Virus record (IMG/VR): IMGVR_UViG_3300029288_000081
Coordinates: 64,001-128,000 of that record
From: a virus
Lineage: Duplodnaviria > Caudoviricetes
DNA: 64,000 bases
Strand: one strand, 5' to 3'
The notes under the pieces are model-generated. The model made no database searches and was not told where the DNA came from. It saw only the letters and a list, made by a program, of their open reading frames with translations. A program made the position numbers and the translations under genes. Shown in pieces: positions 35,607 to 45,338 of this stretch (its first letter is position 1; each line of letters starts with the position of its first letter).

Positions 35607-37267
35607 CAGCTTCCGTAGTTCGAGGCGACATTGTTCAGCACACCCAGATCCGTGACCGGAGCGAGGATGCTCCCTCGACAGTAGTTCCCCACCACTTGGT
35701 TGGAGGACGTGTCCGCAGCGAGCAAAATGGCCTGGGGCCCGACAGAGCCCTCAACCCGGTTGCCGTTGACCACGTTGCCGAAGGTCGCGATCAGTTCGAT
35801 CTTCGCGTAGTTGCGCGAAAACGACGTGAACCCGTTGTTCGCGATCACGCAAGAGTCCGTGCCGGTGATGCGGATGAGCGGTCGTGCGACGGCGTCCACC
35901 GCGTATACCTGCACGTTGGACACATTCGCACGGTAGCCCGCGGCCTCGATCAAGATCGGAACGTCCATGCTGGAGGCTTGAATGTAACCACCAGTCACCT
36001 GACACAACACGGTCCTGATGCGGACAGCGATGGCGGTGTTGGCCCCGGCATCGTTGATGTTCATCATGGGCGTGACGATCGACACCGCCCCGCCGCCGTT
36101 CCAGAGATCGAAGCCGGTCCCGGTCGTCATCGAGAGCCGAGGAGCCGTGACGGTCAGGTAGAAGCTGGCGTTGGAGATCACACCAGTGCCGGTCGCTGGC
36201 ACGATGAACGTACAGCTATCGAGCCCCTGGTAGAAGGTCCCCCGGAACTCCGCAGAGACGAGACACTCGCGGAAGTAGATGTTCGAGAACAGGTTCGAGC
36301 TGAGGTTGGTGCCAGCCCGGTAGACAAGGAGCCCGTGCGCGCCGCCCGCGCCGCCGACGTAGCCGTTCGCGAACGTCGAGGTGGACCACGCGATGTTGAT
36401 GACGATCGCAGTAAGGGTCCCGTCTGCGACGAAACGGAAATTGCTCATCTGAATCGAGCCGCCGCCAAGGGAGACGTTGGTCGAGTTCGTCTGGATGACT
36501 GCGGACACCGCGAAGCCGGTCGCGTCGATGTTCACGGCCTTCAGGAACGAGCGGTCTGTGGAGATCGCCACGTCGCCGCCGGTCGAGGTGAAGTTCGTCA
36601 CCTGGGCGTAGCTGCCGTTGACCATGCGGAGCCCGACGGTGGGCGCGGCCGAGCCCGTCTTCGTCGACATGCTCACCCGGACGTTGTCCAAGATCGTCAC
36701 ATCCGTCTCGGACCCCGAGACGAGCGACACCGCCGCGCGCAGCGTGCCCGTGGCGGCTGCGGCCACGATCACGTTGAGGTCGCGCAGGACACTCTTCGAG
36801 CGCGCCTCGACGACGCCCGTGAGGCCCACGCCGGCCGCGTCGGCGACCGGCGACGACAAGGTCATATCCGTAAGCTGGCACGAGTCAGCCAGCGAAAAAA
36901 TACCCTGAGAGCCCGAGGACCGGCCAGTCACCACCGTCGCCCCGACGCCCTCCCCGGAGACAACTGTCGAGGCAGGAAGCACGATGGCCGTCAGAGGCGC
37001 TCCCGCGAGGTCGAAGTCGTAGTCACCACGCCGGACGTAGATACGACCAGGGCCGCCTCCGAGGCGAGTAACCGCCGCCTCGATGCCAGCGCCGTTGCCC
37101 GTGTCCGGGATGTAGACGAACCCGTCGGTGTCGTAGGCCACGGCCGAGTCGCCGGCTGGGACGTTGCCCACGAGGATCGTCGGAGCGAAGCGATCTTGAG
37201 CATCGACCGGCGGAGGACCTCCTCCTGAACCGGAACTCGTGATGCGTGGAATCCAGCGGCTGCTCAT
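35606..37267 (-). CDS. right-handed beta-helix (pectin-lyase-like) receptor-binding/spike protein
   Basis: GIEAAV..GGPGRIYVRRGDY..VVSGEGVGATV entry motif; Asn ladders (IANNG, NVVNGNRV, NQVVGNYC). Confidence 0.7.
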   Translation of the reverse strand: MSSRWIPRITSSGSGGGPPPVDAQDRFAPTILVGNVPAGDSAVAYDTDGFVYIPDTGNGAGIEAAVTRLGGGPGRIYVRRGDYDFDLAGAPLTAIVLPASTVVSGEGVGATVVTGRSSGSQGIFSLADSCQLTDMTLSSPVADAAGVGLTGVVEARSKSVLRDLNVIVAAAATGTLRAAVSLVSGSETDVTILDNVRVSMSTKTGSAAPTVGLRMVNGSYAQVTNFTSTGGDVAISTDRSFLKAVNIDATGFAVSAVIQTNSTNVSLGGGSIQMSNFRFVADGTLTAIVINIAWSTSTFANGYVGGAGGAHGLLVYRAGTNLSSNLFSNIYFRECLVSAEFRGTFYQGLDSCTFIVPATGTGVISNASFYLTVTAPRLSMTTGTGFDLWNGGGAVSIVTPMMNINDAGANTAIAVRIRTVLCQVTGGYIQASSMDVPILIEAAGYRANVSNVQVYAVDAVARPLIRITGTDSCVIANNGFTSFSRNYAKIELIATFGNVVNGNRVEGSVGPQAILLAADTSSNQVVGNYCRGSILAPVTDLGVLNNVASNYGS

Positions 37268-37283
37268 GAGCGCTCGACCGGCC

Positions 37284-37988
37284 TCAACCGACCGACTCCT
37301 GGTAGTTCGTTCCGCCCAGCGTGCCGACCGACCATCCGAGGCTGATCGTCATGGTCGGCGGGGCGTTGCCCAGGCCACCAGCGTCAGCGTCCCAGGTCAT
37401 GCCGAGCGCGTAGCCCATCGCAGGGTAGAGGAACGCCGACCAGCGCGAGACGACCTGCGGGGTCGGGAAGTTCGCGATGTTCACCGGGTCGTTCGGGTCG
37501 GGCAGGTCCATCACGAGGCAGTCGTCGAGCAGGACAGAGTCGCTGTTCGGGAGCGTGGGGATGACCGGCGGCGCAACCGAGAACGGGGTCGTGTCGAGGC
37601 GCTTGGGGCTCGGGGTCCACACGTAGCGGTTGTTCGAGACCTCGTCTCCGACGACCGGTCCGTTGCCGAACGTCACGCGGTCGATCTGCTCCCATCTCGG
37701 GAAGCCCGGGGCCCGGTACTCCTTGTTCGGCCTGGCCCACCAGAGCTTGAGCCGGATGCGCGAAGCCCAGTCCCCGCCAGCGGTGCCGGACACCACGCCG
37801 AGCCAGAAGAAGATCTGCTGCCCCAGCCTGAAGCTATTGAGCGGGGTCACCTGCTGGATCACCGCCGTGTCGATCGCCGCGCCCGTTCCGTGCGACTGCG
37901 CGGCCAGCACGATGGACGGCTGCACAAGGAGCCGACCGCCCCGCGACGCGAGCGGCTGGACCTCGCCGAACTCGGCTCCGCGGCTCAT
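37284..37988 (-). CDS. putative virion structural protein
   Basis: ATGA overlap; beta-rich; first gene of the spike operon. Confidence 0.55.
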   Translation of the reverse strand: MSRGAEFGEVQPLASRGGRLLVQPSIVLAAQSHGTGAAIDTAVIQQVTPLNSFRLGQQIFFWLGVVSGTAGGDWASRIRLKLWWARPNKEYRAPGFPRWEQIDRVTFGNGPVVGDEVSNNRYVWTPSPKRLDTTPFSVAPPVIPTLPNSDSVLLDDCLVMDLPDPNDPVNIANFPTPQVVSRWSAFLYPAMGYALGMTWDADAGGLGNAPPTMTISLGWSVGTLGGTNYQESVG

Positions 37989-38575
37989 CGAACGCCCTTG
38001 GTCTTGGTCTTGTAGTTCACGGGGGTCGTGTCCGTCAGGCGCGACCAGCAGGGGCCGCAGTGGTGGGTGTCGTAGACGGTCGTCATCATGACCCGACTGG
38101 TGGTGGTCCCGCAAGAGGCGCAGGGCAAACCACCCTCGCGAGTGTCAGACACATCGGTGACACGGGAGCCCGGGAAGATGTCGGCCAGCAGGTCCTTGGC
38201 GCGGTCGACGGCGCAGATGGCCGACTTCGGATCTTCGGTCGCGAGCACCGCGCGCATCTCGCCCCAGGTGTAGCGCTTGCCGCGGCCGATCTCGATCTTC
38301 CGATCGCCGTCGAGGATCGTGTACGTGATCCCGAGATACTCCGCCGTGCGCGTGTCGATCCCACCGAGCAGATCTGCTCGCCCCGCTCGCACCGCCGCAG
38401 CGCAGAGAGCTTCGAGCCTCGCCATGAGCACACGGGTGTCGTGAGGGTTCAGCTCGCCCTTGGCGATCAGCGCCTCGACCTCGTGAGCCCACGGCCGCGG
38501 GAAGTGGACCGCGATCTCCGGAGTCTTGCCCCACGCGATCAGCTCGTCGGGGATGATGGCGGGGAAGTTATCCAC
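37985..38575 (-). CDS. hypothetical protein with C-terminal Zn finger (start uncertain)
   Basis: CASC...HCGPCW. Confidence 0.55.
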   Translation of the reverse strand: MDNFPAIIPDELIAWGKTPEIAVHFPRPWAHEVEALIAKGELNPHDTRVLMARLEALCAAAVRAGRADLLGGIDTRTAEYLGITYTILDGDRKIEIGRGKRYTWGEMRAVLATEDPKSAICAVDRAKDLLADIFPGSRVTDVSDTREGGLPCASCGTTTSRVMMTTVYDTHHCGPCWSRLTDTTPVNYKTKTKGVR

Positions 38576-38604
38576 GCTTGCGCTCACCGATGCCGTAGGG
38601 CAGC

Positions 38605-38846
38605 TCACTCAGTGGACCCATCGGACTCGGATCGAGGCGAACGAACATGACCAGAAGCGTCTCGGTACCCTTTCCGGTATCCGCTCGAAACTCGATCATC
38701 TGGCCAACCGTCGCTTCCTTCTCGAACATCCTGGTCACGGCTGCGATCTGCGCATCCATTCTGTCGAGGTCTTTTGCAACCGGTGCCAGAGACTGGACCA
38801 CGGAGACCCCCGCCAACGAGACAACGAGGAACTTCTTCTCTTCCAT
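38605..38846 (-). CDS. hypothetical protein
   Basis: RBS AAGGA; MEEKKFLVV... Confidence 0.5.
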
Positions 38847-38857
38847 GAACGATCCTT

Positions 38858-41800
38858 TCAGTACGGAATGAACGGCTTCTTGTTCGGCACGTAGAGCACA
38901 CCGTTCTGGTTCGGACCGTACTGGTTCTCCAGCATGTCCATCGCAGCGCGAGCGCCCGTCTTCACACTGTGTCGAGAGTACCACACGTACCCCGGGTGTG
39001 CTCGGTCTTCCCAGCTCGGCTTGTACCACCCACTGAACGGGAACTCGCGCGACATCCGCCGGCTCGCCTCCTTGGTGCGCATCAGCCTCTGGCTGGCGAG
39101 CTGGTAGATGTTCTTCCAGGCGGCAGGCGGCTCCCACACCTGCTGTGCCATCGACAGGACCGCGCGCCAAGGGAGGCCGGTCATAGGACCCTCTGTCTGG
39201 GGTCCAGAGGCTCCAGGGTCGCCTGGCATGTTGGCCTCTGTGGTAGGTGTAGGTGGGGTCGGTCGACATAGGATAGGCTGATCTCTAAGAAGAGAGTCTC
39301 TATAGAGATCAGCCTGACCTTGACAGGATGGCGCACTTGCTGTGGCACGGTGCCACATCCCGTTCAAGAACTCATCCATCTCGATCCCGAAAAAGGCGTG
39401 CAAAAACACGGGACTAGCGAATCCGAACATCTCCTCCAGCGCGCAGAGGGCGATGTATGACTCGGACGTGGTCAGGCACCCGTCTCCGTACCACGTTCTG
39501 ATTTTTGACCGGCCGGCCGGTCCGCCCGGAAGGTTCACGGTGACCGCGGCGGCGATGGTATCTTCCGTGAACGGGATCGCGTCACCGAGCACGACCATGA
39601 GCTTGTCGCTCCGGAGAGGGCGCACACGGTGCAGAGCTTGCGCCAACTCGCTGACATTCCGGCGGTCGTGCTCCTGCTTGATGCGCCAATGCGTGCCTGG
39701 GTCTGCCATCTTGTGGGCGATGTCGGCCTTGTTCATGTCGAGGCGGATGCGGGTACTCTCGACGAAAGCCTCGTCGGTCTTGTTGAGCATGAGGAGCTTC
39801 TTCGTGTCGCGCGCGGCTCGTGCGTTGACCTTGTGGAGCATGCCTCCGATGTTCTGCACGTAGTCCGAGATCGTGACGACGGCGTCCCAGTCGCCGTACT
39901 GATCTTTGCCGCGTCCGCCTCCCCAGTTCTCGAAGGCCCAGGCTGCGACGCCGAAGTTGTTGTTGTCCGCGAAGGTCTTCTCGACGCGCTCCCTGAGCGA
40001 GCCGTGGGCGTAGATGAGCACCTTCTTCTCGGCGCACTTCCGGAGAACCGTGATGAGAATAGCCTCGTGCTCTCCCCACCCATCGGTCGTCAGGTAGGTG
40101 ATGTTTGCCTTCGTGCGAAACCTGGCGGGGACTGACCCGGACGGGAACCGCGCGACATGGTTGATGATCGTGACCGGGTCGACGTAGCTCGGGTCCGCCG
40201 GGAGCGAGGCTGGCTTGTCGAAGACCTGCCTAGTGTGCTCGATGTTCGCGTACGCGTCTCCGTAGATGATGTTCGTGTTCTGATCCAGCATGCTGACGAA
40301 GTCCTGGAAGACGAAGCGCCACTCACCCTGCGCGAACTCCAGCCGCACGCGGTAGACCGTGTCGAACTCGTCGCTCTCGGCAAGGGCAGCGTCGACCTGC
40401 GCCGAGGTCATCGTGCTCGACATCTCCTTCTGGTGGATCTTCTTGTAGGCGAGGCGACGGAGCTGGGTCCGCATGGCGTCCTCCTCGAAGAGGGCCTCGC
40501 CGAGCAGGGAGAGGCCTCGCGGTGGCACCACGAGGCTCACAGCGGCCGCGGTGGTCGCCCCGTGCAGAGAACCAGCCGCAGGATGGACGTGGCTGTCGCA
40601 GACGTCACGGAGGACACGCGTGGCGCTCTGGAGACCATGCTGCTGCCCGAACGGCCCCGAGGCGACACGGTCGAAGAGCTTGTGCAGGTCGTTGCCGGCG
40701 TAGGCGCTGCCATGTCGGTTGTGGATGGGGCTCTGGACGCCGTTGACGACCCAACCCCTGCCCTCCAGCGCCTTGCGCTCCAGCTCGGCCTGCGCGAAGG
40801 CGCCACGGAGCAGGGTGGCCATCGCGTGGGCAGCTCGGTCCTCCGGCTTGGGCGGCGTGGGCAGCACGAGGTGCTCGGCCTTCACGACGACCTCGGGCTC
40901 GAACGCGTCGGTAGGATCCTCGTCGACCATCAGCATGTCGCACGGCCAGAACTTGCCGAAGCGCCCCCCTCCGCTTGCGACGGCCGCGAGGTAGCCGGCA
41001 GTTGTCGTGGCGATGATCGGGTAGTCGTTCATGCCGAAGCGAGCCGATGCTGTGTCGTTCTGCGCGTTCTGCCTGCTGCGGTAGTAGGGGCAAACGGTGA
41101 AGGTGCGGAGCTTGCGCGCGATGTCCGGGTGGTACTCGCAGCGAGAGCACACGGTGCTGCCGGGCGAGTAGCCGTGGGCCTGCACAACCTTCACGTTGTC
41201 GAAGCACCAGCAGGTGCTCTCGTCGCGCCCCTGGATGACGTGCAGGCGCACCTGCCCGTGCCCAGCGTTCTGGATGCGAGACACCAGCTCGCCAACCAAG
41301 ATCTCCTTGGTGCGCACCGCCATCACCACACGCTGACGCTGCGACTGCTCATGAAGAGCCGTATCCACCATCGTCTTCGTCTTGCCTACGCCGGGACTCG
41401 GCTTGGCGATGAGCATCTGCCCCTTCTTGCCGCGCACGTTCGCTGCCCAGGCAGCAACGTCTGCCTGCACCTTGGAGGAGACCGTCGCCCAGTCCTGGAC
41501 CTGCGGAAGAGGCGGCTCCTGGGCTCCCTCGCTCAAGCTGTCGGGCGTGAGCGCGAGCGCTCCGAGGCGCTCGACCTCCTTGAAGGCGCCGAGCGCGACC
41601 TGATAGGAGGCGGCCCAGACGATGAAGTCCAGGTCGGGGTCTGCGGATGCACGGAGGCGGCCCGCGTCGATCCTGACGTGCAGCACCGCCTCGATGAGCT
41701 TGGCGACGGGCTCGTTGATGGCGGTGCGCAGCGCGGTGGAGAGGACGTTCTTCGAGGCGTTGCGGAACCTCTGCCGTGCCGTGAGGGCGCGCTCGTGCAG

Positions 41801-42094
41801 CAGATCAGCGCCGTTCACAGCGAACGCGATGTGGTCGTGGATGTCGTCGCTGAAAGGATTCTCGTCGAACGGATTTTCGTACGCCTCACTCGATCGCGAC
41901 GTGGGCTCCATCGACGGAGCTGCGCCAGCGGCCTTCTCGTACGCCCTCTGCTCCGCTTCGTACTCGTCGTCGCGAACGAGTCGAACGAACTTCCCGTGCT
42001 TCCAGTAGCCGTCGGACCTCGGCCAGTAGCCAGGCGGCCAAGCGCTCAACCTCTCCGGCGGCGCCATCAGATCGGGCGAGATCGCGTGCCTCAT
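38858..42094 (-). CDS. large SF2-like helicase with Cys cluster (putative replicative/origin-binding)
   Basis: Walker A SPGVGKT, Walker B LMVDED, GR...C..C..C..CPYY cluster, RGKDQY, ELAQALHRVRP motif VI. Confidence 0.75.
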   Translation of the reverse strand: MRHAISPDLMAPPERLSAWPPGYWPRSDGYWKHGKFVRLVRDDEYEAEQRAYEKAAGAAPSMEPTSRSSEAYENPFDENPFSDDIHDHIAFAVNGADLLHERALTARQRFRNASKNVLSTALRTAINEPVAKLIEAVLHVRIDAGRLRASADPDLDFIVWAASYQVALGAFKEVERLGALALTPDSLSEGAQEPPLPQVQDWATVSSKVQADVAAWAANVRGKKGQMLIAKPSPGVGKTKTMVDTALHEQSQRQRVVMAVRTKEILVGELVSRIQNAGHGQVRLHVIQGRDESTCWCFDNVKVVQAHGYSPGSTVCSRCEYHPDIARKLRTFTVCPYYRSRQNAQNDTASARFGMNDYPIIATTTAGYLAAVASGGGRFGKFWPCDMLMVDEDPTDAFEPEVVVKAEHLVLPTPPKPEDRAAHAMATLLRGAFAQAELERKALEGRGWVVNGVQSPIHNRHGSAYAGNDLHKLFDRVASGPFGQQHGLQSATRVLRDVCDSHVHPAAGSLHGATTAAAVSLVVPPRGLSLLGEALFEEDAMRTQLRRLAYKKIHQKEMSSTMTSAQVDAALAESDEFDTVYRVRLEFAQGEWRFVFQDFVSMLDQNTNIIYGDAYANIEHTRQVFDKPASLPADPSYVDPVTIINHVARFPSGSVPARFRTKANITYLTTDGWGEHEAILITVLRKCAEKKVLIYAHGSLRERVEKTFADNNNFGVAAWAFENWGGGRGKDQYGDWDAVVTISDYVQNIGGMLHKVNARAARDTKKLLMLNKTDEAFVESTRIRLDMNKADIAHKMADPGTHWRIKQEHDRRNVSELAQALHRVRPLRSDKLMVVLGDAIPFTEDTIAAAVTVNLPGGPAGRSKIRTWYGDGCLTTSESYIALCALEEMFGFASPVFLHAFFGIEMDEFLNGMWHRATASAPSCQGQADLYRDSLLRDQPILCRPTPPTPTTEANMPGDPGASGPQTEGPMTGLPWRAVLSMAQQVWEPPAAWKNIYQLASQRLMRTKEASRRMSREFPFSGWYKPSWEDRAHPGYVWYSRHSVKTGARAAMDMLENQYGPNQNGVLYVPNKKPFIPY

Positions 42095-42321
42095 GCCGCA
42101 ACACCCTCGACACGACGAACCACGCTCAAGAACGCACGGACCGCGTCGCAGCTCTCCCAGTCCTCACGCGGGTGGGCAGCGAGGTCGGAGACGGCGAGGT
42201 CGCAGGCGTGGCCGATGTCGCTCGCGAGAGTTCGCCTGGAACGCTCCTCGATCGACAGGTGATGCGTGCGCTCGATGGCCTCGTTGGCCATGCGGCGAAG
42301 GAGCTGAGAAGCAAGCGTCAT
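42091..42321 (-). CDS. small hypothetical protein
   Basis: ATGA overlap with the helicase start. Confidence 0.4.
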   Translation of the reverse strand: MTLASQLLRRMANEAIERTHHLSIEERSRRTLASDIGHACDLAVSDLAAHPREDWESCDAVRAFLSVVRRVEGVAA

Positions 42322-42487
42322 CGGCACACGCGCCCCCGCGCCACAACCGGCGCGAACCGCCCACGCCCGAGTCCATTCGACACAACGGCACGCCTTCTGC
42401 TCTCTCTTGCTGCGCAGGCCCCCGAGCACGATCAGGTGCTCCTATCTGCGGCTGGACAACGAGGGAAAGACGACCTAAAGTCGATGT

Positions 42488-42597
42488 CAGACATCTGGAG
42501 ACCCCACTTCTCACGGTGTCGAGGGCTCAAGCAGGTTCTCTCCTGCTCGGCTCTGTGCCCCGGTTGGTTCGCAGCCAGCCGGGGCACACGCTTTTTT
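42488..42597 (+). ncRNA. candidate antisense small RNA (about 110 nt)
   Basis: TGGACA-N17-TAAAGT promoter (42453-42481), hairpin AGCAGG/CCTGCT, terminator stem 42554-42588 + T6, on the strand opposite the local genes. Confidence 0.55.
42554..42597 (+). terminator. intrinsic terminator
   Basis: TGTGCCCCGGTTGG/CCAGCCGGGGCACA followed by CGCTTTTTT. Confidence 0.75.
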
Positions 42598-42784
42598 GCG
42601 ATGGGAAGATCTTCTAGGAGATCATCGCGAAGCCAGGTGACCACGCATCCCGAGCGCGGTCAAGAACACGGAGACGACGCGAATGTCGTGCCATGACGTT
42701 CGCTTGTGCATATGGCAACGAGGGTGCCACCACGGGTAGCGCTGCTCGTTTCCGTCACCTTGGATTACGCGAGAAAACGGCGTG

Positions 42785-43075
42785 TCAGCGCTTGGCGGTG
42801 GAGCGCCAAGGGTGCCCTTTGCTCGGGCGTACGGGCCGGTTGTTGCGCCTGCCATCGATCTTGACATCGGGCTCGACCGTGTCTGCGGCGCGATGGCTCG
42901 CGTATCGACCCACGAGGAGGGTCCGCCAGCTGCGATAGGCGTCGGCCACCGCTGCACCGAGGACGTCCTCGTCGGAGAGGCGGCGTTCTGACGCGAGCAA
43001 CCGTTCTTCGATCTTGTCCATGACCTTCACGGCAGCGTCGTACAGGTCCTGGTCCATCGGCATCTTGAGCGTCAT
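42785..43075 (-). CDS. hypothetical protein
   Basis: TGATG coupling to the primase stop. Confidence 0.5.
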   Translation of the reverse strand: MTLKMPMDQDLYDAAVKVMDKIEERLLASERRLSDEDVLGAAVADAYRSWRTLLVGRYASHRAADTVEPDVKIDGRRNNRPVRPSKGHPWRSTAKR

Positions 43076-44241
43076 CAGAGGATCTCCACGTCGATGTGGT
43101 CGGTGAAGTAGGCGGGAGCCTTCGCACCGTTGCAGCGCGGGCCGCGAAGGTACGGGCATCGGTAGCCCCAGCTCACGAGCGTGTCGCAGCGAACCGGGCT
43201 CAGGCCGAAGGTCTCCTTCCACTTCTGCTCGGTGTCGGAGGCGCTGTAGCGAGCATCCACACGGCTGAACTCGTGAAAGGCATCGCGGCCATCGTCGCCG
43301 AAGCGGTGGAGCTGGATCGCAAGCGCGAGCCACAGCTGGTAGCTCTGGTTCCGCGGGTCGCGCATGTGACGCATGAACTCGCAGAACTTCACGGTGTAGT
43401 CGAGCCGTCCGCTGCCGCCCTGGATGACCGGCAGCCTGACGCCAGGCGTGCCGAAGCCGCCGTAGCTCACCTCGGGTGCGCTGGTCAGCGGAGACCCGGG
43501 AGCCTCGGCGAGGCCCTGGACCAACTCGGCAAGGCCCCACGAGCGCCCTTCCAGCGCCGCGACGGCATGCTCCCAGTGCCGACCGTCCGGCTCGAACTTG
43601 CCCATGGCGACGTTCTTGGGGTCCAAGGGCAGCGTGCCGCCGCTCTTCCTGGCGAGCTTGCCGTTGAGCGGGCTGCCGACGAGGTTGCCGGGCTTGCGGG
43701 TGCCGTCGTCGTTCGGGATGGGGTTCAGGTAGTCCTGCGGAGGGATGAGCCTGTCGAAGCTCTGCGGCTCCCCGTCGCTGAGGTCGTCGTCGGGCATGGT
43801 CAGGACGCCCGCCTCTTCGAGCCACGTGTTGAACCAGCGGCGAGCCATCCATGCCGGGACCGGCTCGTTGAAGAGCACGCGGACGTGAGCGCCCTTCGCA
43901 GATCGCGACAGGTTCACGAAGAGCGGCGCGCCGGTGTCGATGAGGAACTCGACCGTGCGCTTGACGTCGCGCATCCAGTCGACGTGAGGCTTCTTGCCGT
44001 CGAAGTCGGCAGCGACCCAGCGCACGTTGGGCGCCTTGTGGTTGCCGAACGGGATGAGCGCGTAGCTGCCGATCTCGATGGTCCCTGCGAGGTGCATCGC
44101 GGCATGACCATCAGTGAGCGGCGCGTAGACGGGCCGCCACGACCAGCCGGTGGCCTTGTCGGTCTGCATCGCGAAGACGTCTTCGGCGCCTCGGGTGAGA
44201 TCGCGGAAGATGCGGATCTTGTCTTCGGGCGACAGGTTCAT
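43075..44241 (-). CDS. archaeo-eukaryotic primase (TOTE-type AEP) with C-terminal PriCT/Cys-cluster domain
   Basis: HLAG..IGSY, AADFD, SRSAKGAHV..F, LIPPQD, GNLV.SPL; C-terminal CEFM..YQLW..FHEFS..Y..KW..C..CP..C. Confidence 0.8.
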   Translation of the reverse strand: MNLSPEDKIRIFRDLTRGAEDVFAMQTDKATGWSWRPVYAPLTDGHAAMHLAGTIEIGSYALIPFGNHKAPNVRWVAADFDGKKPHVDWMRDVKRTVEFLIDTGAPLFVNLSRSAKGAHVRVLFNEPVPAWMARRWFNTWLEEAGVLTMPDDDLSDGEPQSFDRLIPPQDYLNPIPNDDGTRKPGNLVGSPLNGKLARKSGGTLPLDPKNVAMGKFEPDGRHWEHAVAALEGRSWGLAELVQGLAEAPGSPLTSAPEVSYGGFGTPGVRLPVIQGGSGRLDYTVKFCEFMRHMRDPRNQSYQLWLALAIQLHRFGDDGRDAFHEFSRVDARYSASDTEQKWKETFGLSPVRCDTLVSWGYRCPYLRGPRCNGAKAPAYFTDHIDVEIL

Positions 44242-44588
44242 GAGATCTCTCCCGCAGCACGGAGGCGTGCCACGTTCCATTCGATCCAGAGCGCGTCGCC
44301 CGTGTCGGTCCACTGCCACAGCCACGCGCTTGCGCCGGGGAGCTGCCAGTAGATGCCGATGAAGGTCCAGCCGTCGCGTTCGCGGTTCCATCGCCACGCG
44401 CGGCATGTTTCCGTCTGGCCTTCAGAGCGGAGCAGAAGACAGCGCATCGAGCAGAGGCGCCGCAGGCGAGTAGGATTGATCTGTTCGACCCTCAACGCGT
44501 CTTCGGTGCGGACGTAGTCGTCGCATTCGACACACTGAACGAACACACCGAGCCGCCTCATGGCTTCATCGCGAATGGCCTGGCTCAC
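44238..44588 (-). CDS. Zn-finger hypothetical protein
   Basis: CVEC...CSMRC. Confidence 0.5.
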   Translation of the reverse strand: MSQAIRDEAMRRLGVFVQCVECDDYVRTEDALRVEQINPTRLRRLCSMRCLLLRSEGQTETCRAWRWNRERDGWTFIGIYWQLPGASAWLWQWTDTGDALWIEWNVARLRAAGEIS

Positions 44589-45199
44589 GGCTCCTCCAAC
44601 GAGGGCATCGACGTTCCGCCGCACTTGCCGCCACGCCAGATGATGCCGGTGTCGCTGGGGAGCGTCGCGAGCTTGTGCGACGCGCACAGGTGCGAGCAGC
44701 AGAAGACGATGTCGCTGTTGCCGTCGTCGTAGTCGCTCACACCGTCTGGCGGGTTCGTCATCACGGAGAACGTCTCGTTCGCATCCCAGACGTAGTCGCG
44801 CGAGCACACCGGGCACCGGGCGAACCTCACGCCCAGGCGCTCGGCGGCATGTCGAAGACGATCGGACTCCATGGCCGTCTTGCGCACAGCGTCTCCTCGC
44901 AGCCGCCCTGGGCTCTTCTTTTCGTACAACGGCTCGCCGCCCCGCTTGCCATCGACCCACACGTATCCGTGCGGCAAGGAGTCGACCTTCTCCTTCGCGC
45001 ACGCGAACGAGCACGCGTACCCCAGCGACGAGAAAGGACCATGACGCAGCTCGCAGCCGTCTTCCTCGACAGGGCTGTCGACGTCACCGTCCTGTTCGAC
45101 GGTGAACGCGTGCTGGCCCAGCGCGAACGTCACACCGCACTGGACGCAGTCTCCTGTCGGCACTCCCAGACGCCGCGCAGCCTCGATCCCCCTGCTCAT
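44585..45199 (-). CDS. tandem TRASH-like Zn-finger protein
   Basis: CVQC..ACSFACA and CPVC..CCSHLCA. Confidence 0.6.
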   Translation of the reverse strand: MSRGIEAARRLGVPTGDCVQCGVTFALGQHAFTVEQDGDVDSPVEEDGCELRHGPFSSLGYACSFACAKEKVDSLPHGYVWVDGKRGGEPLYEKKSPGRLRGDAVRKTAMESDRLRHAAERLGVRFARCPVCSRDYVWDANETFSVMTNPPDGVSDYDDGNSDIVFCCSHLCASHKLATLPSDTGIIWRGGKCGGTSMPSLEEP

Positions 45200-45202
45200 G
45201 GC

Positions 45203-45313
45203 TCAGCAGGACAGGAAGATGGCGCCAGCGACGAACGCCGCGACGAAGACCGCCATCACCACAGTGAACACGCCGTACTTCTCGATCCACGGCCGCTTGT
45301 CGTAGTTGTCCAT
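45203..45313 (-). CDS. 36-aa single-TM protein
   Basis: GGAGG RBS; MDNYDKRPWIEKYGVFTVVMAVFV... Confidence 0.55.
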   Translation of the reverse strand: MDNYDKRPWIEKYGVFTVVMAVFVAAFVAGAIFLSC

Positions 45314-45338
45314 GTGTGCCTCCGCTCGTGATGGTAGC

